From the NCBI RefSeq assembly GCF_000485595.1, contig NW_014577062.1:334849-394725 (forward strand): DNA of 59,877 bases, given 5' to 3'. The stretch comes from Priapulus caudatus (lineage: Eukaryota). The notes below the pieces were generated by a model that worked only from the letters and a program-made list of their open reading frames with translations, did not search any database and had not been told where the DNA came from. Position numbers and translations under genes: made by a program. Of the stretch, positions 26,832 through 38,739 are shown one piece after another; within the stretch, counting starts at the first letter, position 1, and every line of letters starts with the position of its first letter.

Positions 26832-27378
26832 ATCAATGCGCGCGCACGACTCGACCTGCGATAAAGCCGGAGGTGTGTGTAACTGTGGGTGGTGGTGTGT
26901 GGTGATGTGGTGTGTGGTGGGTGTGGTTGTTGGGATGGTGTGGTGGTTGTGTGTGTGCGCGCGTGCGTCGTGCGTGCGTTGTGTGTGTGTTGTGGGGGGG
27001 GGGGTAAATATGCGTACTAGATATAGCTAATGCGCCTATTCGTACAGGAAGGGTGTCGTAATGTGGTGCACGGCGCAATGAGACCTGCAGGGGCTTTAGT
27101 GTCTTCGATTCGGGTAGCGTCTGTTTACAGAGAGCTTTCCTACGATCGTATATAGAGGGAAGCTACGATCTCGTGTAGCAATAACTCATTCTTAGTCAAA
27201 CAACTTGCTTCTGTAGTAAAACATTCGACTCGATGAATAGAAGAGTCTCGCGAACGACTCTCTATGTGAGAGCTATAGCGAGCGATGCGAGGCAAGCGTG
27301 TGTCGCAGCAGCTGCTGCATGCGAAATAACTTAGATAGCTCCCGCGAAAAAAGAGAGAAAAAGAGAGAGAGAGAGAGT

Positions 27379-27418
<40 letters not shown>

Positions 27419-27434
27419 AAGAGAGAGAGAGATA

Positions 27435-27465
<31 letters not shown>

Positions 27466-28522
27466 TCCTTATATATGCACTTACTTTCAAATATGTATAC
27501 GCACTGCGTCTCTAATAATGTCACCGCAGAGGTGACGGCCGAGGAAAACTGTTTCCCGTGTCTTTTTGCAACAGCTAATCGGTGTCGCACCATGTGTTCT
27601 GCTGTTAGATATCACGCATACACTATATAGCGGCAGTTAATAGAACTACGTGTAAACGGATTCTGTTCAGTCCGAGGATAGAGAGAATTTAAACTTGGAT
27701 AATCGGACGTCATGCAGCTGCACGGCGTTATGAACTACAACATTGCCAGCTTATAACTGGGCTGAATATTCGATCGTGTCTGGCATTTTTACTAGATAAA
27801 AATAGATCTAATTCGGTTAGGAGAAAATTTAAGCGGTAACGCGAAACAAAATGCACTACAGGGTGTTGGAAGCATCGGAAGATCGTCTGCTGATCATCTG
27901 GCTCTTGTCATAATTGTCTCCAGCAAACCTGCGATGCAGTGAGTAGCTCACGTATCCAACGGAAGCATCGATTCCGACTATCTCGAGGTAGATTTCCAGA
28001 CACCTAATTCTAACGAGATCTGTCAGTAGAAAAGAACGCCGCCGCGAAGCAATAAAAAATAAGCGAAAGAATGTTTGAATATTAGTAAAAGTGCATACGC
28101 TATTTATATGTGATAGTTGTGCTCTTGATATTATACAAACGAATACACGGTTATTCAACTGAGATGACGTTCACACCACTAGTCGGAATGGTCATAACGT
28201 CACCTGATCATAATATTAGAATCTGATTGCATTAAAAATAAACGAGAACCTGGTGACTTCACTCGAAATTCTCAGTGATTATATATTGCCACCAAAAGCC
28301 CCGTAATTCCTTTGCATATAGACGAAGGTAAGTAGGCACACCTGGCGGTTGCACGCAGCGAAAGGTAGTTTAAATAATCGGCTGCACTTTGTGCATAAAA
28401 AACCCAGGAAATGTAAGAGCAGGGCGATCGGCGAATATACGACTACTATACTACACAACGCAGTGCTAGTACATTATGGTATATATACGACTGCACTACG
28501 CGGCGTTTTCTAAGCATAATAT

Positions 28523-28565
28523 CAGGAGTTAATAAAGACAAAGACTTTGTCTTTATTAACTCCTG
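28523..28565. mobile_element. 43-bp hairpin mini-transposon with 7-bp TSD
   Basis: CAGGAGTTAATAAAGACAAAG-A-CTTTGTCTTTATTAACTCCTG (perfect 21-bp arms). ATAATAT at 28516-28522 and 28566-28572. Confidence 0.85.
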
Positions 28566-29477
28566 ATAATATATATATACGCTTCTTCGTGTCAAATATT
28601 ACAGGTTCTCCTGCGCCAACTCTATGTGGCGAGTCCCACGTGGTTCTAGGGCAAATGGCCATCCGCATGAAAGCTTCGTCGTTATTATACGTGGGCAGAT
28701 TGTCGCCATTCATTCTGATGAACGCTTCTCTACGCAATATTTGTCGCGGCGCGTTCTGCGAGAGTACTGCAGATACTGTCGCCCGCCGTCATGTTCTCCG
28801 AACCATCTAATAGTGTTTTGCCAGCAAGGGGTTTCCATTATGGTTTCACATGGGATGCGCGATTCGCTTTACGTCTGCTTTTACATTCGACAAGGGACCG
28901 TGTATGAGCTGTTTTAGAGTGTCTCGCTGTATAATTCGAATACTCCCCTTATATGCTTATAACACATGTGCAAGCAGGTCGGCTAGCCTGCGCATAAAGC
29001 GCGTGACATCTACTCAATTTTTGAAGCACTCTAATTAATGCGCAACAGCGATGTTTTTGTAAGACTTCTAAAATAATAACTTCGTATACCTAAAAACAGC
29101 AGCCAGCCCCTCCTTGAAGCCTAGTGAGTGGCGTCGTTGGTTTCATTGTCTAGCAACGTCTGTCAAACTATTCCGGAACATTCATTTCACTGCGTACGTT
29201 GTTATTCCGCTACAGGAGTAATGCAACGCTGCAAATTGCGTGAAGTACCGTTAGGTACGTTGTGTCCAATAGCAGATGATCAATACCAGCGTCCAGCCAA
29301 ACAGTGCCGGAATAATTTTTGCTGTCACAGACAAATTGCATTTAAATTATATAGGCAGTAGTTCCCGTTTATCTGATGACTTGGCTATCGCCAAATATAT
29401 GTGGGTATAATAGGCGCTTATTAGTTATACAGTTAGGCCTACACCGTCGAGTTACGTAAGTCATGCGTTCCAAGAAA

Positions 29478-29597
29478 CGTCATTATTGTCGTTGTCGTTG
29501 CTGTCGGTATCGTCGTCCTTGTCGTTTTCCTCGCTATCGCCATCGTTGTTGTTTTTGCGGTTGCTACTGCTGCTGCTTATATTATTATTAATAATAT

Positions 29598-29649
<52 letters not shown>

Positions 29650-29750
29650 GGTGCTGCTAGGGGTGGTGGTGGCGTCAGGGATTAGGATTACGATAATAAT
29701 CATGATGATAGTGCTGATAATAATCATGATGATAGTGACGGGGAGGATAA
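29478..29750. repeat. Compound trinucleotide tract with an (ATT)n core
   Basis: Runs of GTC/GTT, ATT and GAT/AAT. Confidence 0.85.
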
Positions 29751-30653
29751 GGATGCAGATACTATAATAGCAATTCTATTAATGTTTTTTTTAGTCTATT
29801 ACAATAACATATGTTAGAGTAAAAACTCTATATAGAGATTCTAAACATGAGAGCTTATAATAATTTCTTGATAATATGGCATCGGAGATGAATCACAAGC
29901 ATAAATAACTATAACTGCGTTCGGGTCAGTTTATCGACTTGGATAGGCGCGACGCAGTTTGCTAACGTAATAAATTGCTTTCATAGATACCCATGGTGCG
30001 TCGTAAACAACAATGCTCAAGATAGACTGTCACTATTAGTCACTGTTCATGAGGTTATGTATCGCTAGTGCTTTCGTTAATCGCTTCGGCGAAAGCAGTT
30101 TCATCAGTCTGCAATCGGCCGCCATTGTACGCTATACGCGATGCAAGCTGAATTCAAATGAGATGATGGCCTATCGCGAAATAATTTTATTTAGGGAGGA
30201 AAATTTACGAAGATGTTTTTCAAAATTGAATCTCACCTCGACAATCAAGCTGCGCAGAAAGCATATAACGTGAATATACAATGACGGCCACCCTTTGTGT
30301 GAGCAAGACAGACGAACTGGTTAGTTTATATGCTCGTGAGCACGTAGCTGTCAGCTCTGCTAGCAGACTAACAACAACAACAATTCTTCCCCGATAGAAG
30401 TCTAGTACACACGCTTGTCTAAAATTAATTACGACTACGTGCGCATATGAGAAATAATGTCAGGGTGAGACGTCACAGATCTTCGCAACTATGCTCAACT
30501 GTTTCTGAGCGCATATTTGCTGTATTTAATCACATCATTCACTTGACACACACTGAAAGTTCGTATTTTTCGGTAGAGATTTTGCAGTATTACAAGAATT
30601 ACTAGATCCTAGACGCGAATGTATGCGTGAGCGTATATATGAGGGAATGCAGA

Positions 30654-30720
30654 TAGCTTGAAAATAACCATTAATGGAACTAGAATAATTCTAGTTCTAT
30701 TAATAGTTATTTTCAAACTG
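30654..30720. repeat. 67-bp hairpin (33-bp arms, 1-nt loop), probable decayed mini-MITE
   Basis: TAGCTTGAAAATAACCATTAATGGAACTAGAAT vs reverse complement CAGTTTGAAAATAACTATTAATAGAACTAGAAT; 4 transitions. Confidence 0.7.
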
Positions 30721-30773
30721 TATTTGATATTGTGTTTCTGCCGAAATTAGTATAGATAAATATATAATCATAT

Positions 30774-30831
<58 letters not shown>

Positions 30832-31790
30832 AGAGAGACAGAGAGTGAGAAGCGGCGCGTGAGAGAGAAAGGGGGGGGGAGCGACTGAGCGACAGCTAGA
30901 ACGAGACAGAAAGAGAGAGAGAGAAAGACAGAGAGATAGAGAGAGGGAGAGAGACGGAGCGACAGCTAGAGTGAGGCAGAGAAAGACAGAGAGATAGAGA
31001 GAGGGAGGACAGAAAAATAGCGAGAGAGGGAGAGGGGAGAGAGAGAGAGAGAGAGATAGAGAGAGAGATAGAGAACGAAACGTACAAACGTAACGCGCAA
31101 ACGAGTGATATAGAGGTTGGGGTTAGAAGGGTGAAATTTATATTCTGTCATTCTGTCACTGCAGTTACATTGATTGAGTTCTTGCCTTGCACTAAGGACA
31201 GTTTTAACTCTATTGCAGGGATTCTCAATACAACCACTCGCTCCGCATACCACGTTTTTGCTCTACAATATTCAGTCTGCCCACCCACAGCGTGCGATTA
31301 TTTCGTCATATCAGTTCAACTTGGGATATCTTCCGCTTGTCCGAGCTGAGTAATGGGGTACGCCCCGGTAACTACATGCACCGGCAACCCACGCGTGCCA
31401 TCCCAGCAACGGAGATTTTTCCTTAAGAAGACTTTAGGCTTCCTAGGCTGGCGTCCGCACCGATTATAAACCGAGGGTTGCATTCTTTTACTCGATATTC
31501 TATTAAACGATTAGAAATAGGGATGGACGCAGCTACGGGATGTCGTCTGTGTGCAGACGCGGAGGATCGTTAGAACGCAAAGCGGATAAAAGTACTGTGA
31601 GAGTATCAGCAGGCGACGTAGATATAACGGAGATATCTAGTACCCGAGGCAAATCCCGGCGCAGACGCCAGAACAATAAAGCATTATTAAGAACGCATTA
31701 TCCGTTACTATATCGCGTTTCCAGTGCGTTGTGGAAATCTATTCAACATTCTATTCGCGCCTAGCTGAGACACGACGTCTGCCTGCCTTC

Positions 31791-32543
31791 AGCGTAAATG
31801 TTTGGCAAAAGAAACGCCAGAGTGCGCTGTACGCTTCGCACATCTCGACAGCACCATCTTTATCCCTACAGCCGTGTAGTTACAGCGCTGCACACGCGAG
31901 AGTGCGGCGATCGCCAGCCTCGCTTAAAGCCCGGCGCACACGTGAGTAATTTTACTCAAGAAAAATGATGCATGCGTCAAAATACTCAACGAAAATCTGC
32001 CTCACACGTGATTATTTTGACGCATGCATCATTTTACTTGAGTATTTTCGGCGGATTTCCGTTGAGTATTTTGACGCATGTGAAATATTTTCAGCGTCCG
32101 CCGCACACGTGAGTAAAATTACTCAAGGTATAAGTGGTAATGCAGATCACGTGACTGTGCGCAGCCAATACTGGGCGCACAATGATTTAAACGCATGCGC
32201 TGTGAGTACCAGTGTTGAGTAATTTACGCAGCTAGCGCGCACACGGTGAGTATTTTGACGCATGAGTCAAAAATTATCAATGATGTTTGATATTGAGTTT
32301 CTTGATGCATGCGTCAGAAAACTCAACGAAAATCCGGCGCACACGTGAGTATTTTGACGCATGCATCATTTTTCTTGAGTAAAATTACTCACGTGTGCGC
32401 CGGGCTTTAAGCGAGACTGACGATCGCCGCACTCTCGCATGTGCAGCGCTGTAACTACACGGCTGTAGGGATAAAGATGGTGCTGTCGAGATGTGCGAAG
32501 CGTACAGAGCACTCTGGCGTTCCTTTTGCTAAACATTTACGCT
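31791..32543. repeat. 753-bp nested palindrome: 133-bp outer arms around a MITE
   Basis: 31791-31923 is the reverse complement of 32411-32543 (6 mismatches by eye). Confidence 0.9.
31928..32406. mobile_element. MITE with perfect 61-bp TIRs, flanked by TTAA (Harbinger-like termini; TTAA would also fit Kolobok)
   Basis: AGCCCGGCGCACACGTGAG...CTCACGTGTGCGCCGGGCT. TTAA at 31924-31927 and 32407-32410. Multiple internal GAGTATTTTGACGCATG repeats. Confidence 0.85.
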
Positions 32544-32961
32544 AGTAGCTTTACATTTAAACAAAATTTTATATGTCAATGGGCCAATCTAGTGGGATGC
32601 TTTAGTGTATCCTAATGTGTTATTTTATCGGCAGCTTGTCGACAAATGCTACGGAGCAGATGGCTTGAGATCGTTTATATACGCCACTATAGCGGTGAGC
32701 CTATATATGCTATATTACACATGTAAAAGCCTATCCCATACATTAGGTAGAGCCGGTCCGTTTCTCATCATGCCGGTTATAAATAAACATAAAAGCGAAA
32801 TTAATTTAATAGCGAAATAAATGTTTAATGGCTGTAAGCGTGATGGGGGTGAAAGTGATACTGCGTGTACGTGTGGGAGTATTTGAGCATGCATGTCAAC
32901 GTGTACGTGCACGTGCCCGTGCACGTGTGCGTGTAGGGACTACGTGTATATGTGTACGTAC

Positions 32962-33150
32962 GCTGGGTTTACACTGCCAACTTTGTATTGGCGAATTGCC
33001 GAATTGTATCAACTTCGCAACTTTGCAACTTCGCAACTGACAATCGGCAGTGTAAACGCAAAAGTTGCGCGTCCAACCGATCGATAGCAACTAGTTGGAA
33101 GATTAGAACATGTTCTAATTTTGCTAACTCGGAGTTGGCGTGTTGGAAGT
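32962..33150 (+). mobile_element. Left end of the Harbinger-like family also seen at 12678-12807
   Basis: GCTGGGTTTACACTGCCAACTTTG followed by CAACTTCG repeats. Confidence 0.7.
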
Positions 33151-34561
33151 TTTTTTGCCAAGTGGCCAATCAGAGAACAGCAATCAGGGGTGTGTCCCTC
33201 CACCCAGAGGGAGACCACTTGCGCGCGCGTTTCTGCGGCACGTGTCTGAGTGTGGGAAATGGTATTTGAGGTACTTTTGAGTACATGTACAGCCTTCATT
33301 CTGACTATCACATGACTATGTACAGGGGGGCATTGTTTAGGTCGGGTTCATTATTGAATATGTAGAGGTGACCCCCTCTGAGATGAGATCGACAGCAAAA
33401 CTCGTTCTTGGAATTGTGAAAAAAAGCTGCAAAAAGGTTGTAACCTCTGCTTTGCCACTCAATTACTGTGGCCACAGGGGCGCCACGTAACGGCATAATG
33501 CCGCAGATATTAAGCGCGTAGGCCCCTACGTCATTACACATTTATATTAATTTGTTGAAATTGCTCATTTCACTAGAGCGAGAGAGAACGAGCGAGAAAG
33601 AGAGAGAGAGCGCGCGAGAAAACAGGGAAAAGAAAAAGAGGGAGAGAGTGCAACTCGGTGATTTAATAACGGTGTTAGCGCAATGCGCAATATCTCACAA
33701 GAAGAGTTATATTTTGTGATGACTATTTATTTATGGTCAGGGGGTCTCTCAGCATAGAGATATGTAATAAATCATTATCAAAAGACCTGTATTTATAATT
33801 AGGAGCGCGCCCTATAGCATGTAGCGTGCAAAACACCTACTCCCCCCGTCCTTCTCCTTGCTTCCCCTTGTCCTTCGCTCAACCTCCTGCTTCTTTTACG
33901 GCCGCTCAGCTATCATTCCTACCGCCTTTTTTTAGTCTCCCACCCTTCTCTCTCTCTCTCAGCAAGCTATATTATGCAGTTTTTTTCAGTCATCTCAGTA
34001 TCTCAGCATAGATTTATTTAATAAATAATATATTAGATATTATTATGATAGGGTTCGGTTTCCGGGCAGTTGAACGTGTGAGAACGACCAAAGAAAATTA
34101 TCTTGGCAGTGAACGGTGGGTGACCAACGCGCGAGCGCCATCTTCATGTACAATTAGCATACGCGGAATCCGGGGCGCGATGCTGCAAGCAAAGTGAATC
34201 TTGTAGATGGGATTTTACAATGCACACGTGACGTCGATTGAATGCCCAAGATCGGCCGAAGGTATTTATCTTGGCTTGCAACGGCGACGAGTCGTCAGTT
34301 CATGTATATTACCATAGGGAAAATTTTTGCGGGATACTGCGACCGAAGTGAAGATTTTGAATCACAATTCACAATCAAAGTGAAAGGATTTGCAATGCGC
34401 ACAAACTGTCCGGCATACACGCTTTGTTTTAAATGCGTAATATCGGCCTTAGGCCATTTATTTTAGGCGTTATGGCATCCTCGCATATGATGCTTATCCG
34501 CATCCCCAACATCCTTCTCTTCCCCTTGTTCTCCTCGCCGTTGCCGCCGCCAAGAAACAGC

Positions 34562-34566
34562 ACAAC

Positions 34567-34602
<36 letters not shown>

Positions 34603-34625
34603 CGACAACGACAACGACGACGACA
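34562..34625. repeat. (AAC)n/(GAC)n microsatellite
   Basis: Trinucleotide run. Confidence 0.9.
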
Positions 34626-34778
34626 GGCACATCCCGTCCCACCGTGCAGACACAACTAACGGATTATTGTAATAACAACACTGCGAGACATGCAAGGAAG
34701 CTAATACACGATTCTCTGTGGCATAAAAGCCGAGGTGCGGCACGCACAGGCGCAAAGACTCGTGCAGTCACAGAGTCA

Positions 34779-35490
34779 TACGAAAGCCCAGAAGGTTCAT
34801 GCGAAATGCGAAATGCGAAATGCGAAATGCGAAATGCGAAATGCAAAATGCGAACTGCGAACTGCGAAATGCGAAATGCAAAATCCGAGATAAAGATTAC
34901 GAGGTATAAGGTGAAAACACCTGACGGGAGCACTAGAAAGATGAATTTTTCTATGTGTAGTGCAAATTATTTCATTCAAACGAAAAACTGGCCCACCACT
35001 TAGTACAATTCACTGCGAAATGCGAAATCTGAAGCAACCAATCAGAGAATGTGTTGGTCTTGACGAATCGCATGGCCAGTATTAATTACTACAAAGACAA
35101 AGATGGCGGCCATCTCGATTACAAACAATGAGGGTGAACAATTCACCTTCACATTCATTGAAAATCGTGGGTTTGCGGTGGATGAACTTGTTATAAAATC
35201 TTTAATTCAATAGCACTAGCATGTTAGAATTGTTACCCGTCTTCGAAGGGTTTTTTGAGGTGTGCATATTCGTTGTACAACAGTACAGTAAACTTCCCAT
35301 TAGTCGTCACACCTCATTGTTTGTAATCGAGATAGCGGCCATCTTTGTCTTTGTAGTAATTAATACCGGCCAGGCGTACAAGACCAACACGTTCTCTGAT
35401 TGGTTGCTTCAGATTTCGCATTTTGCATTTCGCATTTCGCATTTCGCATTTCGCATTTCGCATTTCGCATGAGCCTTCTGGGCTTTCGTA
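34779..35490. mobile_element. 712-bp non-autonomous DNA transposon with TAC...GTA termini and a 6-bp TSD (IS3EU-like)
   Basis: TIR TACGAAAGCCCAGAAGGYTCATGCGAAATG. GAGTCA at 34773-34778 and 35491-35496. (GCGAAAT)n arrays in both arms. Inner inverted repeat at about 35015-35134 / 35311-35420. Confidence 0.8.
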
Positions 35491-35557
35491 GAGTCAGGAT
35501 GCCGGTGTTTCCACGAAGGCATTGCGTTTGTCCAAGCAAGTGCAGCCAAGCTCCTAA

Positions 35558-36126
35558 TGTGCACGCTCGCACGCACGCGTGTATGTGCGCGCACGCACGC
35601 GTGCGCGTGAACGTGCGTGTGTAAGTGCGCACACGCGTTTATGTGCACGCACGCGTGTACGTGCGCGCATGCGTGTACGTGCGCGCATGCGTGTATACGC
35701 ACGCACGCGTGTATGTGCGCGCACGCGTGTACGTGCACGAATGCGTTTTTGTGCGCGAATGCGTGTATGCGCGCATGCGTGTATGCGCGCATGCGTGTAC
35801 GTGCGCGCACGCGTGTATGTGCGCGCATGCGTGTATGTGCGCACGCATATGTACGTACGTATATATATGTACGTACGTGCACGCACGCGTGTATGTGCGC
35901 GCATGCGTATACGTGCGCGCATGCGTGTACGTGGACGCATGCGTGTACGTGCGCGAATGCGTGTACGCGCGGGCATGCGTGTATGTGCGCGCATGCGTGT
36001 ACGTGGATATACGTACGTGTGTGCACGCGTGCGGTCATGTGCATCTGTGTACGGCAGATACGTACACTCACGTACACCTTTTGTACACGGGGAAGGCGTG
36101 TGCGTACGTACACGCGCACGTGCACA
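35558..36126. repeat. 18-bp alternating purine/pyrimidine minisatellite (GTGCGCGCATGCGTGTAC)n
   Basis: 18-nt period with near-continuous RY alternation. Confidence 0.85.
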
Positions 36127-36344
36127 TGAGGAAGAGGTCGGCATCACGAGCATGGACAAATCCAATGGGAAACCCCTCCAGTAATCCACTGCCTTCGTGG
36201 CATTCCAACTATGTGACTGTGCACGAGTCTTTGCGCCTGCGCGTGCGATACCTCAAGAATTTATACATGCAATAATGCTTATTATTGCATATAATAGGCA
36301 TTATATATATATATCCATCGCCCCACGCGTACGCTCGCGGTCGT

Positions 36345-36494
36345 CGCTGACGGCTCGATCGAGTTGGCCAACTCGCAGTCGTCAGTGTAAACGCGCTGCA
36401 CAGTTTATAGAACGGTTGATAGAGCGTTGCGAAGTTGGTCCAATTCGCCAATTCGTCAATTCGCTAACACAAAGTTGGCAGTATAAACCCAGCT
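36345..36494 (-). mobile_element. Right end of the Harbinger-like family
   Basis: Ends in CAAAGTTGGCAGTATAAACCCAGCT|TTA. Confidence 0.65.
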
Positions 36495-37518
36495 TTATGT
36501 GCATGTGTACTACGTAGACGTGTAAGCATAAATGTATACATGTGTGCAACATGGGGGTGCAACTAAAACAATGGGGGTGTATTTCTGGGAATCTTTGAAT
36601 AAAAGGATATCTGGGCCATAATGGCAATATTAAACCCTACTGGGCCATAATGGCAAGTAGGAATTTTAGAATAATTCGAAATGCTGTCGTTGCCACAACT
36701 GATGGCGTAGAGGCATTTACATGTTCACAGTATTTATGTTAAAAAAATTACTAAATGAGTAATATTATTGATGTATACAGCTATTAAAATTACTAATTAT
36801 TGATTTTCTTTATACCGCTGCGCTATGCATTTGATCTTATAAAATATGTGCAATTTAAATGAATATAGAGTTTGCACTCAAGGATGCTACTAATCGGCAA
36901 TTTTTACAACCATAGTGCGGGCCAGCTATGTATAACTGTAGAACATGATGAGAATTCGGTCTAATTTCACCGGGTACATACAACATAAGCTATACAGATT
37001 TCTCCATATATATATCTTACTTCTATACCGTGTAAATCTGCGCTAATTTCGCTGTTATAGGAAACGCAAAATGTGACACAGACTGACGTGCAATATTTTT
37101 ACACAGTACTTACGACATAGATGTAATCGCCGAACACTACACGTTCGAAAACAATCAACCTGTGTATGTTTCTGTACCCTTTCTCTCGCTCTCTCTCTCT
37201 CGCTCTCTCTCTTTCTTTGGCTCTCGTTTCCCCCCCCCCCACCCCCCCCTCCCCATCTCTCTCCTCCTCGCTCTCAATTCTATTGCTTTTCTATATTAAT
37301 TTCTTTTATCTCTCGCGATAGGATCAGCTGCACGACAAGGGTAATTTCCCTCAAGCGTTTCTATTTTCCTGAAGCAGAAAGCGACAGAGACATCGGAGGT
37401 CTCGTATCTCACTTTTACTGTGGAACTAATTTGGCATCTGCGGAGGTTTAACCTTTGTTAAAACATACTTACAGCAGCGTACGGTTAAAAACATGCACGG
37501 TGTAATTGTAATAAAAGT

Positions 37519-37692
37519 TGTAATGTATTAGCGTTTTTCAATAGAGTAATAGTTACCGCTGTACGGTGCGCCGCCACCGTTCTAACTGAGAAATAAAACG
37601 ATGAATGAATGATTATACGACAAGCTATTGAATATTAGTCCTTTACTAAGGCCGGGAGGCCGGCATAGAGCCGAGGTTCGAGCGACATAACA
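37519..37692 (+). repeat. 5' LTR (indel-noisy rendition)
   Basis: Direct repeat of 42224-42392. TG...CA ends and an internal AATAAA. Confidence 0.95.
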
Positions 37693-37693
37693 G

Positions 37694-37704
37694 TGGCGAC
37701 GAGG
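37694..37704 (+). promoter_or_regulatory. Primer binding site complementary to the tRNA-Ser(GCT) 3' end
   Basis: TGGCGACGAGG begins 1 nt after the LTR. Confidence 0.8.
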
Positions 37705-37734
37705 TAGTTAAAATCTTGGAGATTCGTTGGATGC

Positions 37735-38650
37735 ATGATGGCAGCCATAAGTTTGGAAATTGGAGCCGTAAGGCCGTTCGATATGACAGGCATGCTTCCA
37801 AGTTGGGACCACGCTGAACCAAATGGAAGAAATCGTTCCAAGTACTTTCTCGACGCAAAAGCGGTGGTAATATGCGCCACAAAAACGGGCATTGTTGCTG
37901 CACACGGCGGGGCCAGAATACAAGAACTGTTTGACACTTTGCCGAGACCCTGGTCCAGGCCCAACCAGAGTAGATGCGAACGGGAAGGGAAATCCGCCGG
38001 AGGGCATGCATGTGTGTATACAAATGCTGTACGTACATTGGATGGATACTTTAATTCACTAAGGTCAATGAGCCCTATGAAAGACATGTTTTCGTGGATT
38101 GTCTCAGGATTCTGGGAGACTGTAGATAATTTGTGTCAGCGTCTTCGTGCCCAGGCAAAGTTCTGTAATTTCCAGAATGTTGACGAGGAATTCGGATCAG
38201 TTTGATTGAATAGTGTTCTTCAGCTAAACTGAGGCGAAAATGTCTTGAGCAAGACAGACTAACATTAGCCAGAGCTTGTGAGTTGGCGCGTGCATATGAA
38301 GCTGTAGACTATCAGATTAAGTCAGATGGTAGTAGTGAGGCCACGAGTAGTGAAAATGGAACCATTCAGTTTCAGTCAGCCGTGAAAAGTTCAGGCGCAC
38401 AAGGGTGGCTATGGTAAGCCATCCAAGTTCAAAAAAGGAAATCGTCGACCTAGTGCCAGACGGGGCTAGGCACTCTAGTAGAAGTAGTCGACCAAATCGG
38501 AATGACGAGTGTTATCGTTGCGGAAAACGGGTCATTTTGGTCGAGACCCACTATGTCTAGCCAAATCGGTGGATTGTCGAAAATGTGGGCGCATCGGGCA
38601 CTTCGAAAAAAGTGTGCCATTTAAAATTCTCGATCAAATATGCGGAGGAA
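37735..38650 (+). pseudogene. gag: gag (stops and frameshifts)
   Basis: WKKSFQYFLDAK...LLLHTAG...RLRAQAKFCNF (read partly from the clean copy at 46238 onward). Knuckles CYRCGKTGHFGRDPLC (38510) and CRKCGRIGHF. Stops at 37815 and 38211. Confidence 0.9.
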
Positions 38651-38739
38651 ACGGAGGAATCGGTACTCGGAATGTATTCGATGGAATCGAGAATATCGAA
38701 AGGCTTCGAAGTTGTTCCTTTAATGCGGGTTGGTAAGAA

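Noticed and set aside
28603..28917. Open frame after TTACAG| that would be in phase with the 17556 exon
   Set aside because: No recognisable domain, an internal degenerate duplication and no clear donor site; insufficient evidence.
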